Source: Leucoraja erinacea (lineage: Eukaryota). From it: a stretch of DNA of 64,000 bases. Positions 38,486 through 50,375 of this stretch are shown here, piece by piece (the first letter of the stretch is position 1; the number at the start of each line of letters is the position of its first letter). Location: positions 37,820,001 through 37,884,000 of the forward strand of contig NC_073397.1 of the NCBI RefSeq assembly GCF_028641065.1, written 5' to 3'. The notes beneath the pieces are model-generated. The model worked only from the letters and a program-made list of their open reading frames with translations. It was not told the DNA's origin and did no database searches. A program made the position numbers and the translations under genes.

Positions 38486-38796
38486 CAGCTGTGAAGTACT
38501 TCTCCGCTGAAATATTTATATCCCTTGGAGCTAAGTTCTGCAGCACACTGTTCTTTTGTTTCTCTGTCTGTTGCCTGCCTCATAGTGGTGCAACGTCTCA
38601 CAATTCATTCTAAACTGCACAACTAGCATCCTGATGTGTGGCAACAATTAGCGTCACTTTCTGACTCCGATCCTAAAATTCCCTCAGCAACTCGATGAGC
38701 GAGATGCAGAATGTTTTGTGGCTGTCAAAACAAATCCTATGCTGTGGCTCTTTGTACATTTTAACATCTCTGCTCGGGCAGTATATTTTATTCATC

Positions 38797-39745
38797 TGTG
38801 TAGGAAGGAACTGCAGATGCTGGTTTACACTGAAGACAGGCACAAAATGCTGGAGTAACTCAGCGGGACAGGCAGCATCTCTGGAGAGAAGGAATGGGTG
38901 ATGTTTCGGGTCGAGACCCATCTTCTGACTGATGTCGGGGCAGTGGGTGGGACAGAGATGGAATGTAGTCGGAGACAGTAAGACTGGCGGGATAACTGGG
39001 AAGGGGATGGAGAGAGAGGGAAAGCAAGGGCTAACTGAAGTTAGAGAAGTCAATGTTCATACCGCTGGGGTGTAAGCTGCCCAAGCGAAATATGAGGTGC
39101 TGTTCCTCCAATTTGCATTGGGCCTCACTCTGACAATGGAGGAGGCCCAGGACAGAAAGGTCAGTGTGGGAATGGGAGGGGGAGTTGAAATGCTGAGCCA
39201 CCGGGAGATCAGGTAGGTTAAGGCGGACTGAGCGGAGGTGTTCAGCAAAACGATCGCCGAGCCTGCACTTGGTCTCGTCGATGTTGAGAAGTTGACACCT
39301 GGAACAGCGGATACAGTAGATGAGGTTGGAGGAGGTGCAGGTGAACCTCTGCCTCACCTGAAAAGACTGTTGGGTCCTTGGATGGAGTCGAGGGGGGAGG
39401 TAAAGGGACAGGTGTTGCATCTCCTGTTGTTGCAGGGGAAAGTACCTGGGGAGGGGGTGGTTTGGGTGGGAAGGGACAAATTGACCAGGGAGTTACGGAA
39501 GGAATGGTCTCTGTGGAAAGCAGAAAGAGGTGGAGATGGGGAGATGTGGCCAGTGGTGGGATCCCGTTGGAGGAGGTGAAAGTGTTGGATGATTATATGG
39601 TGTATGTGACGGCTGGTGGGGTGGAAGGAGAGGACAAGGGGGGCTCTGTCCTTGTTACGCATGGAGGGAGGGGGAGCTGCGGGATATCGAGGAGACCCTA
39701 GTGAGAGCCTCATGTATAATGGAAGAGGGGAACCCCCGTTCCCTA
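38797..39745 (-). mobile_element. Penelope-like element, GIY-YIG endonuclease region plus 3' tail (degenerate)
   Basis: Minus ORFs ...PGTFPCNNRRCNTCP and FTCTSSNLIYCIRCSRCQLLNIDETKCRLGDRFAEHL...VAQHFN...EQHLIFRLGSLHPSGMNIDF, frameshifted. Followed by the tail shared with many short copies. Confidence 0.9.
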
Positions 39746-39875
39746 AAGAGTGAAGATGGAATGGCCGCCAGGAAGGACCACAGTCTCTGCGTTTCACCTC
39801 CGGCCTGGATCACATCACGTTACCTGTTTTAAATCAATTTCTAGCTTTGTGAGGTAATTGCTTGGCATTCTCTGC

Positions 39876-40033
39876 AGGCAGTAAACGGGCAGTAAACGGG
39901 CAGTAAACGGTCAGTAAACGGGCAGTAAACGGCCAGTAAACGGCCAGTAAACGGGCAGTAAACGGTCAGTAAACGGGCAGTAAACGGGCAGTAAACGGGC
40001 AGTAAACGGGCAGTAAACGGGCAGTAAACGGTC
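39876..40033. repeat. 11-bp tandem repeat (gggcagtaaac) x ~14
   Basis: Directly visible. Confidence 0.93.
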
Positions 40034-41712
40034 AACGTTTCATCCAGTTTATTGTAGATTATGTTTAAAAACTGTAGATCAAGCAAATTGTGTTAATTTG
40101 TAGGAGAAGGAGTTTGAGGTCCCTGGGCAATGTTGGGAACATTAACTTGCAAATGATTTAGTCTGGTCAAGTTGCCAACTGGATGTGAGGCTGTGCTGGA
40201 TGACTTCATCATTGTTAACCTTCTCATGCCATTTATTATCTGTGTGGATATTTTTAAAGACATTTCTCAGCCTCTGCGAACATCTAGCGCAACATTTGGA
40301 AGAGTCTTTGTCCTTTCCCACACTGCAGGTTAGGTGCAGTGAAATATTGATTACCATTCAGGAGGTGAAATATTGATAATGAACCTTTCCAATTAGAGCT
40401 GCTGCCCGCATGGAGCTCGGTGATGCCACCAGCTTCATTACTTGACCTATCTGGGAACTTGCTTGAAGGAAAGTTCCAGAAGGAATCTCTCGAGTTGCTG
40501 CTGGGGATTTTTCACACACACACACACACATTCAGCGACAGTTACAGCAGCGTTGAGCCTAGTTTGTCCCCGCTCCGTGCTACTGTACAACGCATCGATG
40601 GTTAGCGTCCACTCGCTGGGCTAAAGGGCCCGTCTCCACGCTGCATCTCAAGACCCTCAACCCGGTTTTGATCCTTGTTCTGGTGGGGAAATGCTCGGCC
40701 TTCTCCTTGCTCCCAATAATAGTTTGCAGACTCCAATTCAAGCAAAGTCCAAGAGCTGAGAGACACAAAGGGTGGTGGGTGTATGGAACGAGCTGCCAGA
40801 GGAGGTGGGACTGTCCCAACGTTTAAGAAACAGTTAGACAGGTACATGGAAAGGACAGATTTGGAGGGATTTAGACCAAACGCGGGCAGATGGGACTAGT
40901 GAAGGGACAGGTGGAATATCTGTGGAATTCTCTGCCTCAGAAGGTAGTTGAGGCCAGTTCTCTGGATGCTTTCAAGAGAGAGCTAGATAGGGCTCTTAAA
41001 GATGGCAGAGTCAGGGGATATGGGGAGAAGGCAGGAACGGGGTACTGATTGGGGATGATCAGCCATGATCACATTGAATGGCGGTGCTGGCTGGAAGGGC
41101 TGAATGGCCTACTCCTGCACCTATCGTCTATTGTCTAGTGTAGGTGGTGCATGTTGGCCGGTGTGGGCAAGTTGGGCCGAAGGGCCTGTTTCCACACTGT
41201 ATCACTGTATGATGGGTGACAACTGTCCCATTGGCTGCTGTGTGTGTGAAGATGAGCAGGCTCCTCCACATGTCACAACATCGATGCAGTATCAAGCTGT
41301 TCCGGGGCTGGCAGATATGTTCTTCTAAATTATTGTAATCGTGCTTTGTCCTCATTAGTTTAGATACATTGATGAATCTACAGCACAAGTTTCATGTATT
41401 ATCTAATTGCTAAAATGTTTGTTGTAGACAAATGGGGTTAGGAGGGAGAGGTAGATCAGCCATGATTGAATGGCGGAGTAGACTTGATGGGCCGAATGGC
41501 CTAATTCTGCTCCTCAGATTCAGATTCAGATTCAACTTTAATTGTCATTGTCAGTGTACAGTACAGAGACAACGAAATGCATTTAGCATCTCCCTGGAAG
41601 AGCGACATAGCAAATGTCTCCTATCACTTAGGACATGGAGCTTGCTTCACAAGGAGATATTGCTTGGGTAAAATATACAAAATAATGCCAGGAAAGACTA
41701 AACCATGCACTT

Positions 41713-42232
41713 CACAGATGCTGCCTGACCCGCTGAGTTACTCCAGCACTCTGTGAAACGTCACCTATCCATGTTCTCCACAGATGCTGCCTGACCCGCT
41801 GAGTTACTCCAGCACTCTGTGAAACGTCACCTATCCATGTTCTCCACAGATGCTGCCTGACCCGCTGAGTTACTCCAGCACTTTGTGAAACGTCACCTAT
41901 CCATGTTCTCAACAGATGCTGCCTGACCCGCTGAGTTACTCCAGCACTCTGTGAAACGTCACCAATGCATGTTCTCAACAGATGCTGCCTGACCCGCTGA
42001 GTTATGGTGCAGCAGCATCTATGGAGCGAAGGAAATAGGCAACGTTTCGGGGCCGAAATCCTTATGGAAATAGGCAACGTTTCAGGCCGAAACCCTTCCG
42101 GGTTTCGGCCTGAAACGTTGCCTATTTCCTTAGCTCCATAGATGCTGCTGTACCCGCTGAGTTACTCCAGCACTCTGTGAAACGTCACCTATCCATGTTC
42201 TCCACAGATGCTGCCTGACCCGCTGAGTTACT
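41713..42232 (+). repeat. 66-bp Penelope-tail array with embedded foldback module
   Basis: Period 66 (gaaacg at 41755, 41821, 41887, 41953); inverted module ...aacgtttcaggccgaaacccttccgggtttcggcctgaaacgttg. Confidence 0.9.
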
Positions 42233-44062
42233 CTTTGCCACCAGACTCTCTGCCATCTGTGTACTGAGCCTGCACACTACAAGTTTGATTTCCTGCAGAT
42301 TAATCACAGTGGACTGAAAGCTGATGTATATTTGGGGCAATTTAAGATTGCGTGAGGTTAAATCCTTCCTGGCCCGAGAAAAATTGATCACAACTTTGAA
42401 GATAGTGCAGTGGGAAAGTTGAAGTGGTGAAAGTGAGATATTTAATGTACTTCTGCTATTTCCGACACACAAGCTCCCAGAGACTCTGGAATGATCTGTG
42501 GAGTCCTAGTGTGTCCATAGAGCAGGGGTGGGCAACCTTGTTCTGCAACAAGGGGCCAGGACGCATGTGTGTGAGGTCGGTTCAAGAACCTGATGGTTAT
42601 GGGCAAGTAGCTCATAAGGTGACAGGGGTAGAATTAGGCCATTCGGCCCATCAAGTCTACTCCACCATTCAATCATGGCTGATCTATCTCTCCCTCCTAA
42701 CTCCATTCTCCTGCCTTCTCCCCATAACCCCTGAAGCCCGTACTAATTAGGAATCTATCTATCTCTGCCTTAAATATATCCACTGACTTGTGGCCTCCAC
42801 AGCCGTCTGTGTGGCAATGAATTCCACAGATTCACCACCCTCTGACTAGAGACATTTTCCCTCACCTCCTTCCTAAAAGACCATCCTTTAATTCTGAGGC
42901 CGTGCCCTCTAGTCCTAGACTCTCCCACTGGTGGAAACATCCTCCTCACATCCACTTTATCCAAGCCTTTCACTGTTCTCTGGCTGTTGCTGTGTGACTG
43001 TAGGCTGCACCTCCTGCCCGACATGGTGAAGCTGAGGCACGACCATCACCGTGGGGGCTGTGTGGTTTGCTGAGCATTGCCAGGAATGTTGCAATATTTC
43101 TACATCTCTATTCTCCCCTCTGCCTTCTGCCTGTACAAACGTCTTCAATTCCAACACAATATTAATTAGCTCACAATGATCTCATTAGCCACCAGACTCA
43201 TGGCAGAGCTGCCTATAACTGTGTAACGTGATCTTTCTCAATCTGCTCTTTTCACGGAGTCTTTAGGCTCTTTAGGCTAAATGGTTCATTATCCCAGTGA
43301 CAAAGGCATGATAATATGACCAGGGTAACGATATATCACTGGGGTGACTCCATAATTAGTTGTTGGGTGATTAATGTGTCTATACTGTGGGATGTGTCTG
43401 CTGATCTCCCACCCCCCACCCCTCCCCCACATCTACTGTACCTGCCCGCTCTGAGTAAGGTCGTGGATGTGGGGTTTGGGCTCTGGGTCTACAATGAGAC
43501 ATGGAGACTGTACCTTCTCCACCACTGTCACCACCCCAGCCATGGCTCTGCTGTTGTCTAATTACTAGAGACAGGCTGCAATAATGAATCCGATGCTTCC
43601 ATTCACCCACCAGCAGGATGAAGAGAGAGCAAAGGGACTTTGATCTTCCCACTGTCGACGTTTCTCACATTCATGCCTTCATTTTGCAACCAACCCTCAG
43701 GCCTCTCTGTAATCTTGTTTAAGAAGGAACTGCAGATGCTGGAAAATCGAAGGTAGACAAAAATGCTGGAGAAACTCAGCGGGTGCAGCAGCATCTATGG
43801 AGCGAAGGAAATAGCCGAAACCCTTCTTCAGACTGAGTTTCTCCAGCGGTTTTGTACCCTCTCTGTGAGTTTGCCCTTCATTCAAATCTTCTCGGATTTA
43901 CCGAATATATTCAGGGTGAATGATGGACAAGACAGTGTCCGGGCAGGGGATAGGTCGGCCGTGTGCTGGCTCTCTCTGTACCACATATCCACAGATCCCA
44001 CACGTGGATCGGGGCATTTCAAATTTCACATTTCTTTGCGCAGATTAAACACTTGTGGTTTG

Positions 44063-44368
44063 TTTAGAGGTACAGCGCAGAAACAGGCCCTTCGGCCCAT
44101 CGGGTCGGTGCCAACCAGCGATCCCCATACATTATCACCACCCAACACCCACTGGGGACAATTTGCATTTACACCAAGCCAATTAACCTACAAACCTGCA
44201 CGTCTTTGGAGTGTGGGAGGAAACCGAAGATCTCGGAGAAAACCCACGCAGGTCACGGGGAGAACGTGCAAACTCCGTACAGACAGCGCCCGTAGTCGGG
44301 ATCAAACCCGGGTCTCTGGTGCTGAATTCGCTGTAAGGCGGCAACTCTACCGCTGCGCCACCGTGCCC
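44063..44368 (-). mobile_element. V-SINE (HE1-like)
   Basis: Near-identical to 17747-18057. Confidence 0.88.
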
Positions 44369-45009
44369 GCCCTTATGTTTGCTAATCTGCTCAAATCTTC
44401 TCGAGAAGTTGTTACAATCTGGTGGCATCATGTTGTAAAATAATGTTGCCTGTAATGTCTAATACAATCTCTGCCCAATGAGGGGAGACGGCTTTAAATC
44501 TGCCATGGACACATGGACACATGGACAACTCAGGCCAATGAGACAACATCACGATGGAGTGGATGGGATGATGCAGAGAGAGAGAGAGAGAGAGACAGAC
44601 AGAGCGGGGGGGGGGGGGGGAGGATGAGAGGGAGGGGTGAACTGCCTCTTCTGTCCTGGGCCTCCTCTACACCAGACTGTGGCCCAGCACACATTGGACA
44701 AACACCATCTGCAGTTCATTCATTCACGTACTGCCGTAAAACGTTTGTTCTCAAAAATAGCGAATGCCTTAAATTCTGTAATGTCACGCTGCGGTACAAA
44801 GTGTTTCTGTAACTCTTCAAAATCACACACCTCGTTACACAAAATTACATACACTGCGGCAAATAACGGCTGTAAATGAGTTAAAGAAATGATTCATACA
44901 AGATGTCCCTGTTGATGGCAGCAGCTGCCATGGTTTGTCTCAAATTGTTACGATGAATCGGTGTAAAGGAAGTCAACTTCATCCCGTCCCTTATACCATC
45001 TAAAGGAGG

Positions 45010-45430
45010 TGGAGCGAGAGAGAGGGGGAAGGAGAGAGAGGGGGAGTGAGAGAGAGGGGGAAGGAGAGGAGAGAGAGAGAGAGAGAGAGAGAGGTTGAGA
45101 GTGAGAGGGGGGTGCGAGAGAGAGGGGGGGAAGGAGAGAGGGGAGAGATAGAGGGGGAGCGAGAGAGNNNNNNNNNNNNNNNNNNNNNNNNNNNNNNNNN
45201 NNNNNNNNNNNNNNNNNNNNNNNNNNNNNNNNNNNNNNNNNNNNNNNNNNNNNNNNNNNNNNNNNNNNNNNNNNNNNNNNNNNNNNNNNNNNNNNNNNNN
45301 NNNNNNNNNNNNNNNNNNNNNNNNNNNNGGGGGAGTGAGAGAGAGGGGGAACGAGAGAGAGCGGGGGAGAGGAGGAGCGAGAGAGAGGGAGAGGGGGAAG
45401 GAGAGAGCGGGGAGCAAGAGAGAGGGAGCA
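45010..45430. repeat. GA-rich polypurine tract spanning a gap
   Basis: Directly visible. Confidence 0.9.
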
Positions 45431-46279
45431 GCTGGTTTATAGATTTCTTCGTTCATTTAAGCCACATCAAGATATGCGCGTTTATTTGCTGTTGCTGCAG
45501 GCCAATTGATCTGTCTATTTGGAAAGAATCAGACTGGGTGTAATTGCGTTGCCGATGCGGCAGTGTTTATTCTTCAATGTTGTGTAATTTAACGGCTCGC
45601 CAGTGAAGTCTGAGTGGATAATGAGGCTTGAGAAACACAATGTGAAAGGCCCGCTGAAATCCCAACACAAATGCCAAGTGAGCAGAGAGAACATTAAAAT
45701 TGTCCCAGCCCAAGACAATTAAATGTATTTGCCTCGAACGATGAGGAAGTGGAGATGATGACACACGGTGAAATCACCACTTGTCCTTCGTGAAGATCTA
45801 ACCCGGTGAAGATCAGTAATCAATACTTGGTATCAATACCAGGGTGGTGAATATAGAATACGTTTATTGTCATTCCATTGCATCTCCTTCGGTTTAAAAA
45901 GAACAAAACACAACAGCCATTGACTCACATATACACAAATCAGTAAAAAAAAAAAAAATAGGTATTAGAAATATTTTAAAAGAATATTTCGCATTATCTT
46001 GCACCCCAAATATAGATTGGTGATCAATAAGGGATCAATACTAGGGTGGTGAAGATGGGTAATCAATACTTGGTATAGAAACAGAAAAATAGATGCAGGA
46101 GTATTCATTCTGCTTGTTACATCCTCAAAGAATTCCAGAAGATTAGTCAAGCATGATTTCCCTTTCATAAATCCATGCTGACTCTGGCTGATCCGGTCAC
46201 TGCTTTCCAAAATCAATACTAGGGTGGTGAAGATGGGTGATCAATAAGGATAACACTCTGCCTTCTCTCCACTGTGTAG

Positions 46280-46384
46280 AAGCGAGCCAAAGGCCAACTT
46301 CTCTTTGATCTTGTGTGTGAGCACCTCAACCTGCTGGAGAAGGATTACTACGGCCTGACCTTCTGCGACTCCGACAGTCAGAAG
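46280..46384 (+). CDS. epb41l1: FERM exon [35 protein letters not shown]
   Basis: gtgtag| ... |gtgagt, 105 nt (conserved 4.1-family size). GLTFCD.DSQK is characteristic of 4.1N. Confidence 0.96.
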
Positions 46385-49352
46385 GTGAGTCAAACCTGGC
46401 ACCGTGCGTCTGGGTCTTTGGTCCAAGAAACACTGCCGACCATGCAGCGCATACACACGGAGAGTACACACGGAGAGTACACGCAACACGTACACACAAC
46501 ACGTACACACAGAGAGTGTTGCTGAACTCTCGTCAGAGAGAGAGAGATGTACAACTCCACACAGCCAGTCTGGGTTGCAGCAGCACCAGCAGCAACAGCA
46601 GCAGCAGCAGCAGCTATGAGGTTTGTGAATATCTCGGGGGTTGCTGTAATGTGTAGTCTGGTGTCCTGCCTTCACGGATGCTGGATAATTGTCTGGTTTT
46701 ACACATTCACGGACTGTCTGGGCATTCTGCTGAAATGTCATTCTGATGATTTATTACCCAAGCTGTCGGTGATTGAGCTTGGCTGTAACAGTTATCACAG
46801 ATATAAAATCCCAGCTCAAACAAGAAGCTATTCAGCACGGACAGAGCCAGTGATTGGCTGACTTCACAAGCCAAATTACCAGAAGATGAGGTGTCCCCAG
46901 AGACCAGGAACATCCAGGTTCCAAATGGAGAAATTGGCAGAGGATTCAACCATGAGAGTAACTGGAGTGGGGAATGAGGAGGGAAGAATGTTCCTGGTTG
47001 GGGTTGCTGCTCTGCGAGTCCCCCCCGACCCCCCCCCCCCCCCCCCCCCCCACCCCCCCGCCCCACAAAGCCTTTACTTGGGATTTTCAATGTGATTCTT
47101 GGATTATTACCGATGGATAATTTTAAGGCAGAGACAGATAGATTCTTGATTAGTGCAGGTGTCCGGGGTTATGGGGAGAAGGCAGGAGAATGGGGTTAGG
47201 AGGGAGAGATAGATCAGCCATGATTGAATGGCGGGGCAGACTTCATGGGCCGAATGGCCTAATTCTGCCTTCATGAACTTATTCAGAACGGAACAGAGTG
47301 GTAGGTGACCACTAGGTGACCACTAGGTGACCAGCTGTTTTCACATTGCCATCATATTTACATGCAAACTAATTAAGCCAACATTTAATTTTTTCCTGTC
47401 GGAGTGAACTGCAGATGCCGGTTTAAACCGAAGATCGACACAAAATGCTGGAGTAACCCAGCGGGACAGGCAACATCTCTGGAGAGAAGGAATGGGCGAC
47501 GTTTTGGGTCGAGATACTTCATTGGACCGCTCAGTTCGAAGAAAGACCTCGACCCGAAACGTCACCCATTCCTTCTCTCCAGAGATGCTGCTGCCGGTCC
47601 CGCTGAGTTACTCCAGCATTTTGTGTTTCATTTCTTCCTGTCTATTTGTGTGTGGGTTTCATGGCGACCGGTTGCTAATGTGGAGAAAGTCTGGGTGTGT
47701 AAACTAGAAACAAAGTTCTCCCCCCATCCCTTCCTCTGTGTGGTGTTGCCTTTGTGGTGACATCACTCTGTCCATAGGGGTGGGGAGACCCCTGGACCCC
47801 ACCATTGCATCACTGCCCATAGGGGTGGGGAGACCCTTGGACCCCACCATTGCATCACTGTCCATAGGGGTGGGGAGACCCCTGGACCTCTCTCCCACAG
47901 ACACATCTGATAACATCTGCAGAGTTATTAGTGCAAGCTCATAAAACGTGTCATTGGGAACCAGGAGCAGTCCACGTGTCATGGGTGCAGTGATCATTGC
48001 AAAGCCCAGCTTTTTTTTCAGGCGCAGCCCACAGTAGTGGAGATGTATTCAAGAGAGAGTTAGATTCAGCTCTGACGGCTAACGGAATCAAGGGATATGG
48101 GGAGAAGGCAGGAATGGGGTACTGATTCTGGATGATCAACCATGATCATATCGAAGGGCCGAATGGCCTACTCCTGCACCTATTGTCTATGTTTCTAGAA
48201 TCTATCTGTAATTGCTGTTGGGACCATCAGAACAAACCGACCAAGTCAGGGCTCATTACAAGAACAAAACAACGGTTGTGGGGATTGAGTGATTTGTGGG
48301 AATATTTCCAACAAGTATTTATAGTTTTTATAGTTTTACTTTTATAGTTGAACTTATTTTTGCTGTTTCCTAATATAATCTTTGTGTTGCTGTCTTTAAG
48401 TTGCATGAAAGCCCCATTGTTGAAGCCGTCCCGCAAGTAATGAGTGCAGACAGTTTAACCATTGATGCTGATTGCCGATAAACTGCACGCTGCTAGCTTC
48501 TGCATTTATTGATGTTGTGCCTCAGGATTAGGCCTGGGCACAATCACAGGTTTGCAATGTAATCACAGGAGCTAGAGTAGCGGTTCAGAGCTCATCATAT
48601 TTTGTGAGGCTCGGCAGAAGTGAAGCCATCAGTTTTCTATTTACGTGACTGATGCTTAATGAAGGCTGGAAATAAAATACAGTTTTGGTTGTAGAAACAT
48701 CGACAATAGGTGCAGCAGGAGGCCATTCGGCCCTTCGAGCCAGCACTACCATTCAATATGATCAAGGCTGATCATCCACAATCAGTACCTCGTTCCTGCT
48801 TTCTCCCCATATCCCTTGATTCCTTTAGCCCTAAGAGCTAAATCTAACTCTCTCTTGAAAACATCCAGTGAATTGGCCTCCACTGCCTTCTGTGGCAGAG
48901 AATTCCACAGATTCACAACTCTCTGGGTGAAGAAGATTTTCCTCATCTCAGTCCTAAATGGCCAACCACTCATTCTTAAAGCTGTATCAATAATACCATT
49001 CTTCTCGGAGAGAAACAAAAGGCTGCTGTAACTCAGTGGGACGGGCAGCATCTCTGGAGAGAAGGAATGGGTGATGTTTCAGGTCGAGACCCTTCTTCAG
49101 ACTAACCAGCATCTGCAGTTCCCTCCTACACATTAAAATAAACTCATTCAGCACTGACTCCAACGTTATACCAGGCTCTGCTGTTTTATTCTAACAAACA
49201 TAATGGTGAATAATCATGCTTTGTTAAGGTCTTTGTACATATCTTCTAACTTGAGATCTTGTTAACTGGTTTATTAGACACTTGCCTCTTGTGAAAAGTG
49301 GTTGTATGGACATTTGCCGCTTTCCTGATATTTATTTTATTTTTGTTTTCAG

Positions 49353-49395
49353 AACTGGCTCGACCCGTCAAAAGATATAAAGAAACAAATTCGAA
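49353..49395 (+). CDS. epb41l1: FERM exon NWLDPSKDIKKQIR(S)
   Basis: Strong acceptor ttttgttttcag| and donor |gtgagt, 43 nt, phase 0/1. Not in the ORF track; read directly from sequence. Confidence 0.95.
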
Positions 49396-49507
49396 GTGAG
49401 TTTTTTTCTCCACCTCCTTGCCGACAATCAGACATCCGTTTACCGTTGGTGCTGAGAATAGATTCACTGTTCCCCGCAGTCCTGTGTTAACGCTGGTCTT
49501 GTATGCA

Positions 49508-49692
49508 CTCACTATCGCAGCAAGCCCACTTACATCACGCTGTTGTTCACTATAGCAGCAAGCCCACTTACATCACGCTGTTGTTCACTATCGCAGCAAG
49601 CCCACTTACATCACGCTGTTGTTCACTATCGCAGCAAGCCCACTTACATCACGCTGTTGTTCACTATCGCAGCAAGCCCACTTACATCACGT
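49508..49692. repeat. 38-bp x ~5 minisatellite (cactatcgcagcaagcccacttacatcacgctgttgtt)
   Basis: Directly visible, about 110 bp downstream of the 43-nt exon. Confidence 0.93.
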
Positions 49693-50067
49693 CTCCTACA
49701 TGCCCGTCTGTGTCAATGTTACTCACAGTCACCAGGTAGATGCAGTACCCTTCACCAGTCAATGCCGTCACCTTGCCTCTCATGCTTTCCCCTCTCTAGT
49801 CATTACGCGCTCATCTGAATGCGTGTGCGCGCTCCACTGTCATTTTCTTGTCAGATTTATACACCAGGTGATCTGTAGCTTTCTATTTCTGGCTTAGTCC
49901 TAATAACGACCTCTCTGTGTAAAAATAAAAGAAAACTTTCCCTTCAAACCTCCCTTTAAAATTCCGTCCACCCACCTCAAGCCAATGCTTGCTTCTGATT
50001 CATTAATGTATCAAATGATGCCCAGTCTTTGACTTTGTGCTTGTACTCGATGTGGAATATGTCACTG

Positions 50068-50375
50068 TGTGTAGACCATGCATGATGCTGCAGTGTAGAC
50101 CATGCATGATGCTGCAGTGTAGACCATGCATGATGCTGCAGTGTAGATGTAGACCATGCATGATGCTGCAGTGTAGACCATGCATGATGCTGCAGTGTAG
50201 ACCACACATGATGCTGCAGTGTAGACCACGCATGATGCTGCAGTGTAGACCACGCATGATGCTGTAGTGTAGACCATGCATGATGCTGCAGTATAGATGT
50301 AGACCACGCATGATGCTGTAGTGTAGACCATGCATGATGCTGCAGTGTAGATGTAGACCACGCATGATGCTGCAG
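50068..50375. repeat. 24-bp x ~12 minisatellite (tgtagaccatgcatgatgctgcag)
   Basis: Directly visible. Confidence 0.93.

Noticed and set aside
41755-41820. The 66-bp unit as a self-contained hammerhead ribozyme
   Set aside because: It contains GAAAC-GTC but no CTGANGA core or stem II, so it cannot be a complete hammerhead alone.
46576-46614. CAG/CAA tract suggesting a polyQ coding region
   Set aside because: It lies about 190 nt inside the intron after the gtgagt donor at 46385; no evidence that it is exonic.
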